From assembly GCA_043810925.1 (NCBI GenBank), contig JBDRNT010000169.1, positions 1 through 16,101 of the forward strand: 16,101 nucleotides of DNA. Direction: 5' to 3'. Source of the stretch: Candidatus Eiseniibacteriota bacterium (GTDB taxonomy: Bacteria; Arandabacterota; Arandabacteria; Arandabacterales; Arandabacteraceae). This document shows positions 1 to 7,244 of the stretch, piece by piece (positions within the stretch are counted from its first letter, which is position 1; each line of letters begins with the position of its first letter). The notes beneath the pieces are model-generated. The model saw only the letters and a program-made list of their open reading frames with translations, ran no database searches and was not told the DNA's origin. The position numbers were made by a program, and so were the translations under genes.

Positions 1-1
1 C

Positions 2-145
2 GTTCGAGACCTTATGATCAAGATCAATCGCTATCTGGAACTCTACAACCACAACACCAAACCATTTGTCTGGACCAAATCGGCTGACGAAATCTTCGAG
101 ACCATCTATGCTATGTGTCAAGATACTTCTGAGTCACAACACTAG
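2..145 (+). mobile_element. 3' end of IS630-family transposase and right end of the element (partial, runs off window start)
   Basis: Frame 2 translates VRDLMIKINRYLELYNHNTKPFVWTKSADEIFETIYAMCQDTSESQH*. The 'N..KPFVWTKxADEI...H*' tail is characteristic of IS630 transposases. The stop TAG (143-145) lies in CTAG, consistent with the IS630 TA target duplication supplying the stop. Not in the supplied ORF track. Confidence 0.85.
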
Positions 146-203
146 ATGAGTCCGCCCACGTCCAACCTGACACAACTTTCGGGCCCCGGCACTCTGTTCG
201 TGG

Positions 204-232
204 TTGACATGCAGGGCCTAGGCGGATATTGT
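204..232 (+). promoter_or_regulatory. sigma70-like promoter for parA-CBM gene
   Basis: TTGACA (204-209), 17-bp spacer, TATTGT (227-232); AAGGAGG SD ahead of ATG 285. Confidence 0.7.
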
Positions 233-284
233 AGTCGGGTTTAAGATAACGGCCGCGACCTACGAAAGGAGGTAGTCTTTAACA

Positions 285-1355
285 ATGAGGCGAATTGCGA
301 TAGCGAACCAGAAAGGTGGTTGTGGCAAAACCACTACAACAGTAAGTCTCGCGCTCTGTCTCAAGGATCAGGGACAGAAAGTCCTAATCGCCGACATGGA
401 CCCACAAGGAAGTACAACCCAATGTCTGTGCCCGGATAAGGAATCCGTTGAACACACGATCTACGATCTTTTAGTCGACTCGGACACCGTGCCTGTTTCA
501 ACCGTGATCAAACATGTCGATTCCGGTCTTTCGGTTCTACCTGCAAACATCGTACTCAGTACCGCCGAGCAGGTGCTTGCGGGCAGGGATCGCAGAGAGG
601 GAAGACTTAGACGTGTTCTTCAACGGGTTGACAACGACTATGATTTCGTATTGATCGACTCACCACCGAACATCGGCCTGCTCACATTCAATGCTCTCAT
701 GGCTGCCGATGAGGTTATCGTGCCGGTCGACCCATCGCTGTTTTCGCTCCAGGGCGTCGGGCGGATAACTGAGGCACTCGAGCTGCTTGAAAGAGTGAAT
801 GGCCACAGCACAACATACCGAGTCCTCGCGACCATGTACGACTCCCGTACCAGAATAAGCCGGGAACTCCTGTCAGCATTGAGGGCTCGTTATGAGGACT
901 CGTGTTTCAAGACAATCATAAGAAACAACATAACCCTCAAGGAAGCGACCGGTTATGGCGTGCCTATCACCGATTATCGTGGATCGCGTGGTTTTTCTGA
1001 TTACCGCTCGCTGGCTCACGAAGTACTCGGCAGGGACGCTACACAACAGACGATAGACAGCGACTCCATAAAGAACTTCTTTGCTCCAAGGAGAATCGGC
1101 GGAGGAGTACTTTTTTCCCATGTGGATGATGAAGCTGAGACCGTGACTGTCGAGGGAGATTTCAACTCATGGGACGGTAGCAATGATATTTTCCTGGATG
1201 TCGACGGCAGGGGGCTCTGGCAGAGGGTTATCACGCTCAAGAGTGGCAGGCATAGCTACCGCTTCGTCGCTGACGGAACGGTCTGTATAGACATAAATAA
1301 CGATCGGACCGAATACCTCGAAGGCAAGGGTATCGTATCAGTGACCGAGGTCTAG
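285..1355 (+). CDS. ParA/Soj-family ATPase with C-terminal glycogen-binding (CBM48/AMPK-beta-like) domain, 356 aa
   Basis: Deviant Walker A NQKGGCGKTT, DMDPQG, YDFVLIDSPP, TMYDSRT. C-terminal ~85 aa has VEGDFNSW...GLWQRVITLKSGRHSYRFVADG..D.NN, a CBM48/E-set pattern. Strong SD. Confidence 0.9.
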   Translation: MRRIAIANQKGGCGKTTTTVSLALCLKDQGQKVLIADMDPQGSTTQCLCPDKESVEHTIYDLLVDSDTVPVSTVIKHVDSGLSVLPANIVLSTAEQVLAGRDRREGRLRRVLQRVDNDYDFVLIDSPPNIGLLTFNALMAADEVIVPVDPSLFSLQGVGRITEALELLERVNGHSTTYRVLATMYDSRTRISRELLSALRARYEDSCFKTIIRNNITLKEATGYGVPITDYRGSRGFSDYRSLAHEVLGRDATQQTIDSDSIKNFFAPRRIGGGVLFSHVDDEAETVTVEGDFNSWDGSNDIFLDVDGRGLWQRVITLKSGRHSYRFVADGTVCIDINNDRTEYLEGKGIVSVTEV

Positions 1356-1369
1356 GTATCTAGGTTTAC

Positions 1370-1490
1370 GGCTGGTCAAAAACGTCCGGATGCAAGGCAC
1401 GCGAAGCCTCGAGGAATGAGGCGTACCTTTGAGTACGTCGCAGTGACGAGGGGCGAGCGTAACGCAGCAGATGGGCGTTTTTCACCAGCC
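1370..1490. repeat. 121-bp MITE-like palindromic element with terminal inverted repeats
   Basis: Left end GGCTGGTCAAAAACGTCC versus reverse complement of right end GGCTGGTGAAAAACGCCC (16/18). Nested inner stems ACGC/GCGT, CCTCG/CGAGG and GGCGTAC-CTTTGA-GTACGTC. Lies between convergent genes. Confidence 0.8.
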
Positions 1491-1491
1491 A

Positions 1492-2838
1492 TCAGTGCAA
1501 CTTATATATACTCCCTCCTATGAATTCCCGGAGAAGTGAGTCGTTGGGTATTATCGACTCATCGTCGTAGGCGTCAACGCCGCTCAGGAGATCGTGGATC
1601 CTCTCGGCGCGGATGCAGGCGTCCCGCCGTTTGGGGTCGCCCTTCAGTGCTTTGATGAAGCCCGGGAAGAGCCCGAACGAGAGCTTCTTATGAAACGGAA
1701 GCTCATACGGTAATGCTCCGTTCAGGGTGAAATCCGCAGTTCTTATGAAGGGAATGATGTGTTTGAGCTCGCTTCGCCTCACATAGTGCCAGTGACCGAT
1801 TGTCTTCAAGGGATCATAAGCACGCTGGGAGTGGTCCCTGACCATCCGGCGGAGGAGCCTGATGTCGGTCCAACGTACGAACTTGCCCTCGTTGTCCCGC
1901 AGTATCGGCACGGTCTCTATGTAGACGCTGCTCTTTGACTTACTGTCAATGCTCTCTGTCAGGGGTCCGTAGAGTCCGTGGAGTGTGTCGATCAGAACAA
2001 CCTGGTCGGGTTCTATCGAAATGGTCGAGGTCTCCTTCAACCTCTTGCCGGTCTTAAAATCGTACTGGGGCATATTGACCGTCTTGCCGGCAATGAGATC
2101 TGCAAGGTGCTCGTTTATCAGCGGTAAATCCAGCGCCTCAGGCGTTTCGAAGTCATAGTCACCATACTCGTCCCTGGGATGGAGCTCGAGATTGAAGAAG
2201 TAGTGATCAAGATTAAGCAGCACGGTCTCCACTCCGAGATCCCTGAGCCGCCGTGCCAGTTTGGCTGTGGTTGTGGTCTTTCCCGATGACGAAGGCCCGG
2301 CGACGATTATCAGTTTGACTCCCTCCGCGGTCGCCATCGCCTCAGCAACCCCTGACACGCTCTCGCTGTAGCTTCGATCTGCATCTCTTACAAGCGCCGG
2401 GAGATCGCCGTCACGAATCCGTTCGTTGAGTTTCTCTATGGTCTCGCAGCCGTGATCCAGGGCCCAGAGCAGGGCTTCGTACATCATCCGGTAGGGTAGC
2501 GGACGTTCCCGGCCGCGTTTCTCCAGCTTACGTTCCCGCTCCCTCCTGCGGTTCTCCCGATAGACTATGTAGGCCTTCGCAGTCTTGGCATGGCCGTTTT
2601 CTATCAAGACTTTCTCCGCCATGTCCTGGACTTCCTCAACCGTGACTATGTTCGGGGGCCGGAAACACTCGTTCAAGGCCTCGATCACTTCGTCTGAGAG
2701 TTTCTCACTCAGAGCCCGGTCGTGGCCGCCGACCGATGCCGCCGCCTTGTAGATAGCAGTCATCACCTTCTCGCGGTCGAATTCGACCATGGTTCCATCC
2801 CGCTTCATAACATGAGTGATTCTGCTTTCAGTACCCAT
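1492..2838 (-). CDS. ATP-cone domain fused to uridine kinase/PRK-family nucleoside kinase, 448 aa
   Basis: N-terminus HVMKRDGTMVEFDREKV...VEEVQDMAEKVLIENGHAKTAKAYIVYR is an ATP cone. P-loop GPSSSGKTT, LDHYF, DFETPEALDL, PQYDFKTG and RLLRRMVRD are uridine-kinase-family motifs. SD GAGGTG. Confidence 0.88.
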   Translation of the reverse strand: MGTESRITHVMKRDGTMVEFDREKVMTAIYKAAASVGGHDRALSEKLSDEVIEALNECFRPPNIVTVEEVQDMAEKVLIENGHAKTAKAYIVYRENRRRERERKLEKRGRERPLPYRMMYEALLWALDHGCETIEKLNERIRDGDLPALVRDADRSYSESVSGVAEAMATAEGVKLIIVAGPSSSGKTTTTAKLARRLRDLGVETVLLNLDHYFFNLELHPRDEYGDYDFETPEALDLPLINEHLADLIAGKTVNMPQYDFKTGKRLKETSTISIEPDQVVLIDTLHGLYGPLTESIDSKSKSSVYIETVPILRDNEGKFVRWTDIRLLRRMVRDHSQRAYDPLKTIGHWHYVRRSELKHIIPFIRTADFTLNGALPYELPFHKKLSFGLFPGFIKALKGDPKRRDACIRAERIHDLLSGVDAYDDESIIPNDSLLREFIGGSIYKLH

Positions 2839-2872
2839 AAATCACCTCTCGCATAAGACCAACTTGTTACCA

Positions 2873-2901
2873 ACTTTACATCAAACCGGGCCAACTATCA
2901 A
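2873..2901 (-). promoter_or_regulatory. sigma70-like promoter for ATP-cone kinase gene, overlapped by ACCAACTT direct repeats
   Basis: Minus strand TTGATA (2901-2896), 17-bp spacer, TAAAGT (2878-2873); ACCAACTT at 2858-2865 and 2869-2876. Confidence 0.55.
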
Positions 2902-2914
2902 GGGGATCCGGATC

Positions 2915-3880
2915 TCACTTTGTGATCCTGGCAAGCATATAGGGGTTAAGCCCGGTCTTTCTGAGGAAACCGGGCAGATTCTCGATGTAGAATTTTGCGA
3001 CGTGGAGAAGCGGCCTGAGCGACTTCCGCTCGAACTTGCTGAAGCCGAAATAGCCTCTAAGATGCATGGCTTCAAGACCACGTGCTCCACCCTTCGTGCA
3101 GAAGAGATCCCTGACTTCAGAGTATGACAGCAGGTGGTTCTTACCCCATGTAGGGTGGATATTCGCACCGGTCCTTGTGTATATCTTCGCTCTGACCTTG
3201 CCGATCAGCGTTTCGGCACTCAGATCATCGTGGGGGCCGTGTTGTATATCGATCGGGAAGTGCTTGTTCGGACAGGCTATGAGTATCCGTCCGCCGGGTT
3301 TCGTGACACGAAGCAGTTCATCGGCGTAGTTCTGTCTGATTTCCGTGTAGTTGTCGCACAAGGTGGAATAGCCGCTCACCGATCCAATATGTTCGATAAC
3401 CCCAAGCGAGTAAACGACATCGAAAGCCTCATCCGGAAAGGGCAGCCTGGCCGCATCACAGCAAAAGAAGTGCGCCGGATCCTTCCCCGCCCGAGCCCAG
3501 AACCTGGCCATGTTCGGAAGATCGATGCCGTAGGCTTCATAACCGTCTTCGAGGAGCTCCGTCGTCCCCATTCCCATACCACATCCCACATCGAGGACGG
3601 ACTTAAACGGTGTGCTTAAGATCACGGGCTTGGTGTACTCATCGAAAAGCCTGAGACCGCAGTATTCCTGCGTGGCGGCATACTCGTCGGGCGTCGTATC
3701 CTGCTCGTAGACGTCCTCTCCCGGCTCGTCAACCCTGAACTCGATGTAGCCGTGCCGGTTCGGAGCGAAATGCGAACCGCACGCCGTGCATGCCATCCGC
3801 GTTTCCTGTGTCTCAAGCCGGCCGTGACAGGACGGACAGACCAACTTGTCACAGAGTGCCTCAAACTCACTCGTCTTCAT
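2915..3880 (-). CDS. Class I SAM-dependent methyltransferase with N-terminal Zn ribbon (Trm112/RlmA-like CxxC..CxxC), 321 aa
   Basis: LVCPSC...CTAC; motif I VLDVGCGMG; CDAARLPFPDEAFDVVYSLGVIEHI; RVTKPGG. Confidence 0.85.
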   Translation of the reverse strand: MKTSEFEALCDKLVCPSCHGRLETQETRMACTACGSHFAPNRHGYIEFRVDEPGEDVYEQDTTPDEYAATQEYCGLRLFDEYTKPVILSTPFKSVLDVGCGMGMGTTELLEDGYEAYGIDLPNMARFWARAGKDPAHFFCCDAARLPFPDEAFDVVYSLGVIEHIGSVSGYSTLCDNYTEIRQNYADELLRVTKPGGRILIACPNKHFPIDIQHGPHDDLSAETLIGKVRAKIYTRTGANIHPTWGKNHLLSYSEVRDLFCTKGGARGLEAMHLRGYFGFSKFERKSLRPLLHVAKFYIENLPGFLRKTGLNPYMLARITK

Positions 3881-3919
3881 GCTGGCCGGATCTCCTCATG
3901 CTCCCCCCGGTGTTGGAGC

Positions 3920-5401
3920 TTATTCGTACGATTCGAACGGTTTCCCCGCATCCATGACGGCCTTTATGTATGCTGCATAGTGCGTGTTGAGCTCGGGGGA
4001 CTCGATTATCACCGCCGTCTCGTTGTTCTCTTCAAATGCATGATATGACCAGTTCGTAGAACCGATCACCACGAAGTCATCGTCGACGATCGCGATTTTG
4101 GCATGGGTGGTCACATCGGGGGAGTCTTCATAGACATCTCCACCACCGGCCTGGAGTCTTTCAAGAAAGTCAAGTTTGGTCTCAGGTGGTCGACCTTGCC
4201 AGCCCATATCAATTACCAGTTTCACTTCCACCCCGCGCGCCTCGGCGCTTATGAGGTCTGCAAGCAGCACGTTTGTCAGGCTCGGGGGAGCATCCGGCTC
4301 CCTGGTCTTGCGTGCAGTGCCCGGGGTCCTGTCATAGTACCTTGCGTCGAGCAGAGCGAGCCATATCCTGTGCTTTGCCCCTCCGATAAGTGTCCCCACC
4401 TCTTCGGCATACTTCTCATTGGGGGCCGGCACGACCCTGGCGGCGTCAATCCACTCGACCTGGGACTTGTCGAACGTGGCTTTCCTGATCTCTGATCGTT
4501 CGGCATCAAAGGCCTGCGCCATAAGTTCAAGTGTGTTGCTCCTCTCAAGATCGACCGCCTCAAGCCTCGTTCCTTCCTCACGCTCGACTCGCCCCACAAC
4601 CCTGACGCTGTCCCCGGCAACGTTATCGAAAAAGAGAGAATCCACCGCCATAATCTCTTCGAGCGGCCGCTCCGTCGCCCTCACCACGAGATCTCCGAAA
4701 TAGATCCACCCCATGGTGCGTTCAGGATCGAAACGGCCTGAATCGGCCACGTCTCTCACCATGGCATATCTTTCCTCCCACCCCTCCACCTCATCCGCAC
4801 TTATGTAGGCATAGCCAGGTAGATAATCGGTCATGCTGCTGTCGACCACGGACTCGAAATACTCCGTGAACGCCCGGGCCACCCGCTTTGAATCAATCAC
4901 GACATTGGCTTCGTTGTTGACATCCAGGGCGTAGTGGCTCCAGTTGGATGAGCCGAGGATCACGTATCTGCCATCCACGATTACGAGCTTCGAGTGACTC
5001 GTCTGGTCAACCGGGTCGAAATAGAGTTCGACGTTGCCCTGCCTGAGGAGGTTCCAGACGTCCCGGTTTTCCTCGGTGTTGCTTATGTTCCAACCGGCCT
5101 GCTCGATGACCGCCCGCACCTTCACGTCCCTGTCGCCCGCCTCGACCAGGTCTGCGATCATGGTGTTGCTTCGACTGACCGGGTAATGAAAGTAGAAACG
5201 AGTCTGATAGAGGATCACATCTACCGACTTCTCGGCGGATGACACTATGTCGTGGACAACGGCGAAATAGGCGCGGTCGTCCGCGGTAGCGACTTTGGCC
5301 CGTGCTCCTGAGGGCCCCCTTCTCCTGATAAAACCAACAGCAACAACGATAATGCAGATCACGACAAGAACGGCTACCAGGACATTCTTCTTTGAATTCA
5401 T
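3920..5401 (-). CDS. Membrane-anchored phospholipase D-superfamily protein with two HKD domains, ~493 aa
   Basis: SHSKLVIVD..GSSNW..NNE and THAKIAIVD..GSTNW..NNE; N-terminal hydrophobic helix flanked by KK/RRR. Start moved to ATG 5401 (MNSKK) because of the AGGGAG SD. Confidence 0.85.
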   Translation of the reverse strand: MNSKKNVLVAVLVVICIIVVAVGFIRRRGPSGARAKVATADDRAYFAVVHDIVSSAEKSVDVILYQTRFYFHYPVSRSNTMIADLVEAGDRDVKVRAVIEQAGWNISNTEENRDVWNLLRQGNVELYFDPVDQTSHSKLVIVDGRYVILGSSNWSHYALDVNNEANVVIDSKRVARAFTEYFESVVDSSMTDYLPGYAYISADEVEGWEERYAMVRDVADSGRFDPERTMGWIYFGDLVVRATERPLEEIMAVDSLFFDNVAGDSVRVVGRVEREEGTRLEAVDLERSNTLELMAQAFDAERSEIRKATFDKSQVEWIDAARVVPAPNEKYAEEVGTLIGGAKHRIWLALLDARYYDRTPGTARKTREPDAPPSLTNVLLADLISAEARGVEVKLVIDMGWQGRPPETKLDFLERLQAGGGDVYEDSPDVTTHAKIAIVDDDFVVIGSTNWSYHAFEENNETAVIIESPELNTHYAAYIKAVMDAGKPFESYE

Positions 5402-5426
5402 GTCCGACTCCCTTCGCAATGATACC

Positions 5427-5455
5427 TTGCCACTGTGCTGGCAATCCTATATCAT
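5427..5455 (+). promoter_or_regulatory. sigma70-like promoter for znuACB operon
   Basis: TTGCCA (5427-5432), 17-bp spacer, TATCAT (5450-5455). Confidence 0.6.
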
Positions 5456-5472
5456 TGGGCGCGCAGTCTCAA
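5444..5472 (-). promoter_or_regulatory. sigma70-like promoter for PLD (and probably methyltransferase) genes
   Basis: Minus strand TTGAGA (5472-5467), 17-bp spacer, TAGGAT (5449-5444); overlaps the + strand promoter. Confidence 0.55.
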
Positions 5473-5498
5473 GCAAATTGGCTCTATGCACCGGTAAT

Positions 5499-5557
5499 GT
5501 AGCGTCCGGTTTCCACGCCGGACGAACGATCCGCCGGGGATGGAACCCCGACGCTAC
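5499..5557. repeat. REPIN-like doublet: two inverted 26-bp GTAG-family REP palindromes with a 7-bp spacer
   Basis: + strand GTAG-CGTCCGG-TTTCCACG-CCGGACG (5499-5524); - strand GTAG-CGTCGGGG-TTCCAT-CCCCGGCG (5557-5532). Confidence 0.8.
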
Positions 5558-5580
5558 CACGGGGTAAGGAGGGTTTGTGT

Positions 5581-6459
5581 ATGAGAGTCCTGGTGATGCT
5601 GATATTGGTGGCGGCTTTGGGTGCTCCCTCCTTCGCTGGAGCGGATTCGCCGATCAGGGTGACCGCCAGCATCTTCCCCATTGCAAGTATCGTCCGTGAG
5701 ATCGTGGGAGACCGGGCGATAGTCACCACGATCGTCCCGCCGGGCGCAGATCCTCACCACTTCGAGCTCACCCCGAGTAAGGTCCGGGCGATCTACGAGG
5801 CGGATGTGGTATTCATGATCGGGGGCCATTTCGACGAATGGGCTGCTGACGTGCGAATAGAAGAGCGAGTCCAACCCATAGTCATTCGGTTCTATCAAGC
5901 CTTTGGCGATTCGCTTATTCCGCTCGGCGACTCCTTCAACCCGCATTTCTGGCTTGATCCCTTCTTTGCCAGGACAATGGGCATTGCCATCAATGCCGTT
6001 CTGGGGGCCGCAGACAGCAAGAACTGCGACTACTACAGGTCGCGTACGCTGGCCTTCTGCTCGAGGATCGACTCACTTCACACCTCTGCAGGGGCAAGAC
6101 TCCGGGAATCCGGCTTCACCGATTTCGTATCTCTCCATCCGGCCTGGAGTTACTTCGCACGGAGATACGGGCTTAAGGAAATCGACACGATTGAAATCTC
6201 GCATGACCAGGAGCCCTCGGCAAGACACATCGCCGCCGTTATCGGGAAGATGCGGCATGCTAAGACCGGGTTCATTCTGGCAGAGGAATTCACAAACGTC
6301 GACCTTGCGGAGGCTGTCGCATCACAGACGGGGGCTGAGGTCATACTGCTTGATCCTATGGGAAGCACCGACCGGCCGGGCCGGGATTCCTATTTCAGAC
6401 TGATCGACTACAACGTATCCCTCTTGGAAAAGGCGGCCGGGACTTATTCAGGAAACTAG
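5581..6459 (+). CDS. znuA: Zn/Mn ABC transporter substrate-binding protein (ZnuA/TroA family)
   Basis: Signal peptide; PPGADPHHFE, NPHFWLDP, HPAWSYFA, LLDP metal-ligand motifs. ATG 5581 follows an AAGGAGG SD. Metal specificity not proven. Confidence 0.88.
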   Translation: MRVLVMLILVAALGAPSFAGADSPIRVTASIFPIASIVREIVGDRAIVTTIVPPGADPHHFELTPSKVRAIYEADVVFMIGGHFDEWAADVRIEERVQPIVIRFYQAFGDSLIPLGDSFNPHFWLDPFFARTMGIAINAVLGAADSKNCDYYRSRTLAFCSRIDSLHTSAGARLRESGFTDFVSLHPAWSYFARRYGLKEIDTIEISHDQEPSARHIAAVIGKMRHAKTGFILAEEFTNVDLAEAVASQTGAEVILLDPMGSTDRPGRDSYFRLIDYNVSLLEKAAGTYSGN

Positions 6460-6467
6460 GTAGCGAT

Positions 6468-7244
6468 ATGGCCGATGTCATTGTGGAGTTTGACCGCGTA
6501 TGGGTCTGGCTTGGTGACAACCTCGCCCTCAAGGACATCTCACTGGCGATCGAGCGCGGCAAGTTCATCGGACTGATGGGTCCTAATGGCAGTGGGAAGA
6601 CCACGCTTCTTAAGACGATAGTCGGACTGATACGGCCCGACAAGGGCAAGGTCGTTGTCACCGGCTCTCCGGCGAGAACGATCGGATACGTCCCCCAGGA
6701 GGAGCACATAGACCCCGATTTTCCCGTAACGGCTTACGATGTGGTTGAAATGGGGCTCTACGGGTCCCTCGGTATGTTTCCGAGGATCCGGTCCGCCGAA
6801 AGAGAGAAGATAGAGAAGGCGCTGGTTCGCGTAGGGATGCGGGACCACTCATCACGCAGGATCGGGGAGCTTTCCGGAGGCGAGAGGCAGCGCGTCTTTA
6901 TCGCCCGGGCAATCGTCGCAGAACCACACCTTCTCCTCCTGGACGAACCAACGACAGGTGTCGATGCGGGAGCCAGAGACGATTTCTACAGGGTACTCTC
7001 CGGCCTTATGAAGGACCTGTCGCTCACCGTTGTACTTGCCTCGCATGATCTCGAGGTCGTACCCGGAAAGGTCGATGAGATCATCTGTATCAACCAGACA
7101 GTGTTTGTACACGGCCCTCCCGAAGAGATCGCGGATACCGATGTGTTCCGCAGAGCGTACGGATGCGAGCTCGAATTCATGATGCATGGGCGGTATCCCC
7201 ACAGGGTGATCAGGGACCACGACCACGAGGAGCAAGATGCTTAG
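6468..7244 (+). CDS. znuC: Metal ABC transporter ATP-binding protein
   Basis: GPNGSGKTT, YVPQ, LSGGERQRV, LLLLDEP, SHD; His-rich C-terminus. Confidence 0.92.
   Translation: MADVIVEFDRVWVWLGDNLALKDISLAIERGKFIGLMGPNGSGKTTLLKTIVGLIRPDKGKVVVTGSPARTIGYVPQEEHIDPDFPVTAYDVVEMGLYGSLGMFPRIRSAEREKIEKALVRVGMRDHSSRRIGELSGGERQRVFIARAIVAEPHLLLLDEPTTGVDAGARDDFYRVLSGLMKDLSLTVVLASHDLEVVPGKVDEIICINQTVFVHGPPEEIADTDVFRRAYGCELEFMMHGRYPHRVIRDHDHEEQDA

Noticed and set aside
1351-1365. Tandem TCTAGGT duplication at the parA stop
   Set aside because: Could be an insertion footprint, but it does not flank the 121-bp element and is short enough to be chance
2839-2914. NrdR box upstream of the ATP-cone gene
   Set aside because: No match to the CAN(A/T)ATAT(A/T)G-type palindromic consensus
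5416-5430. GCAA-N7-TTGC as a Zur/Fur box
   Set aside because: Only 4-bp arms; too weak to call without comparative data
5499-5557. Metal-sensing riboswitch in the znuA leader
   Set aside because: Better explained as two inverted GTAG-REP units with a related copy at 15411; no yybP-ykoY or NiCo motifs recognised
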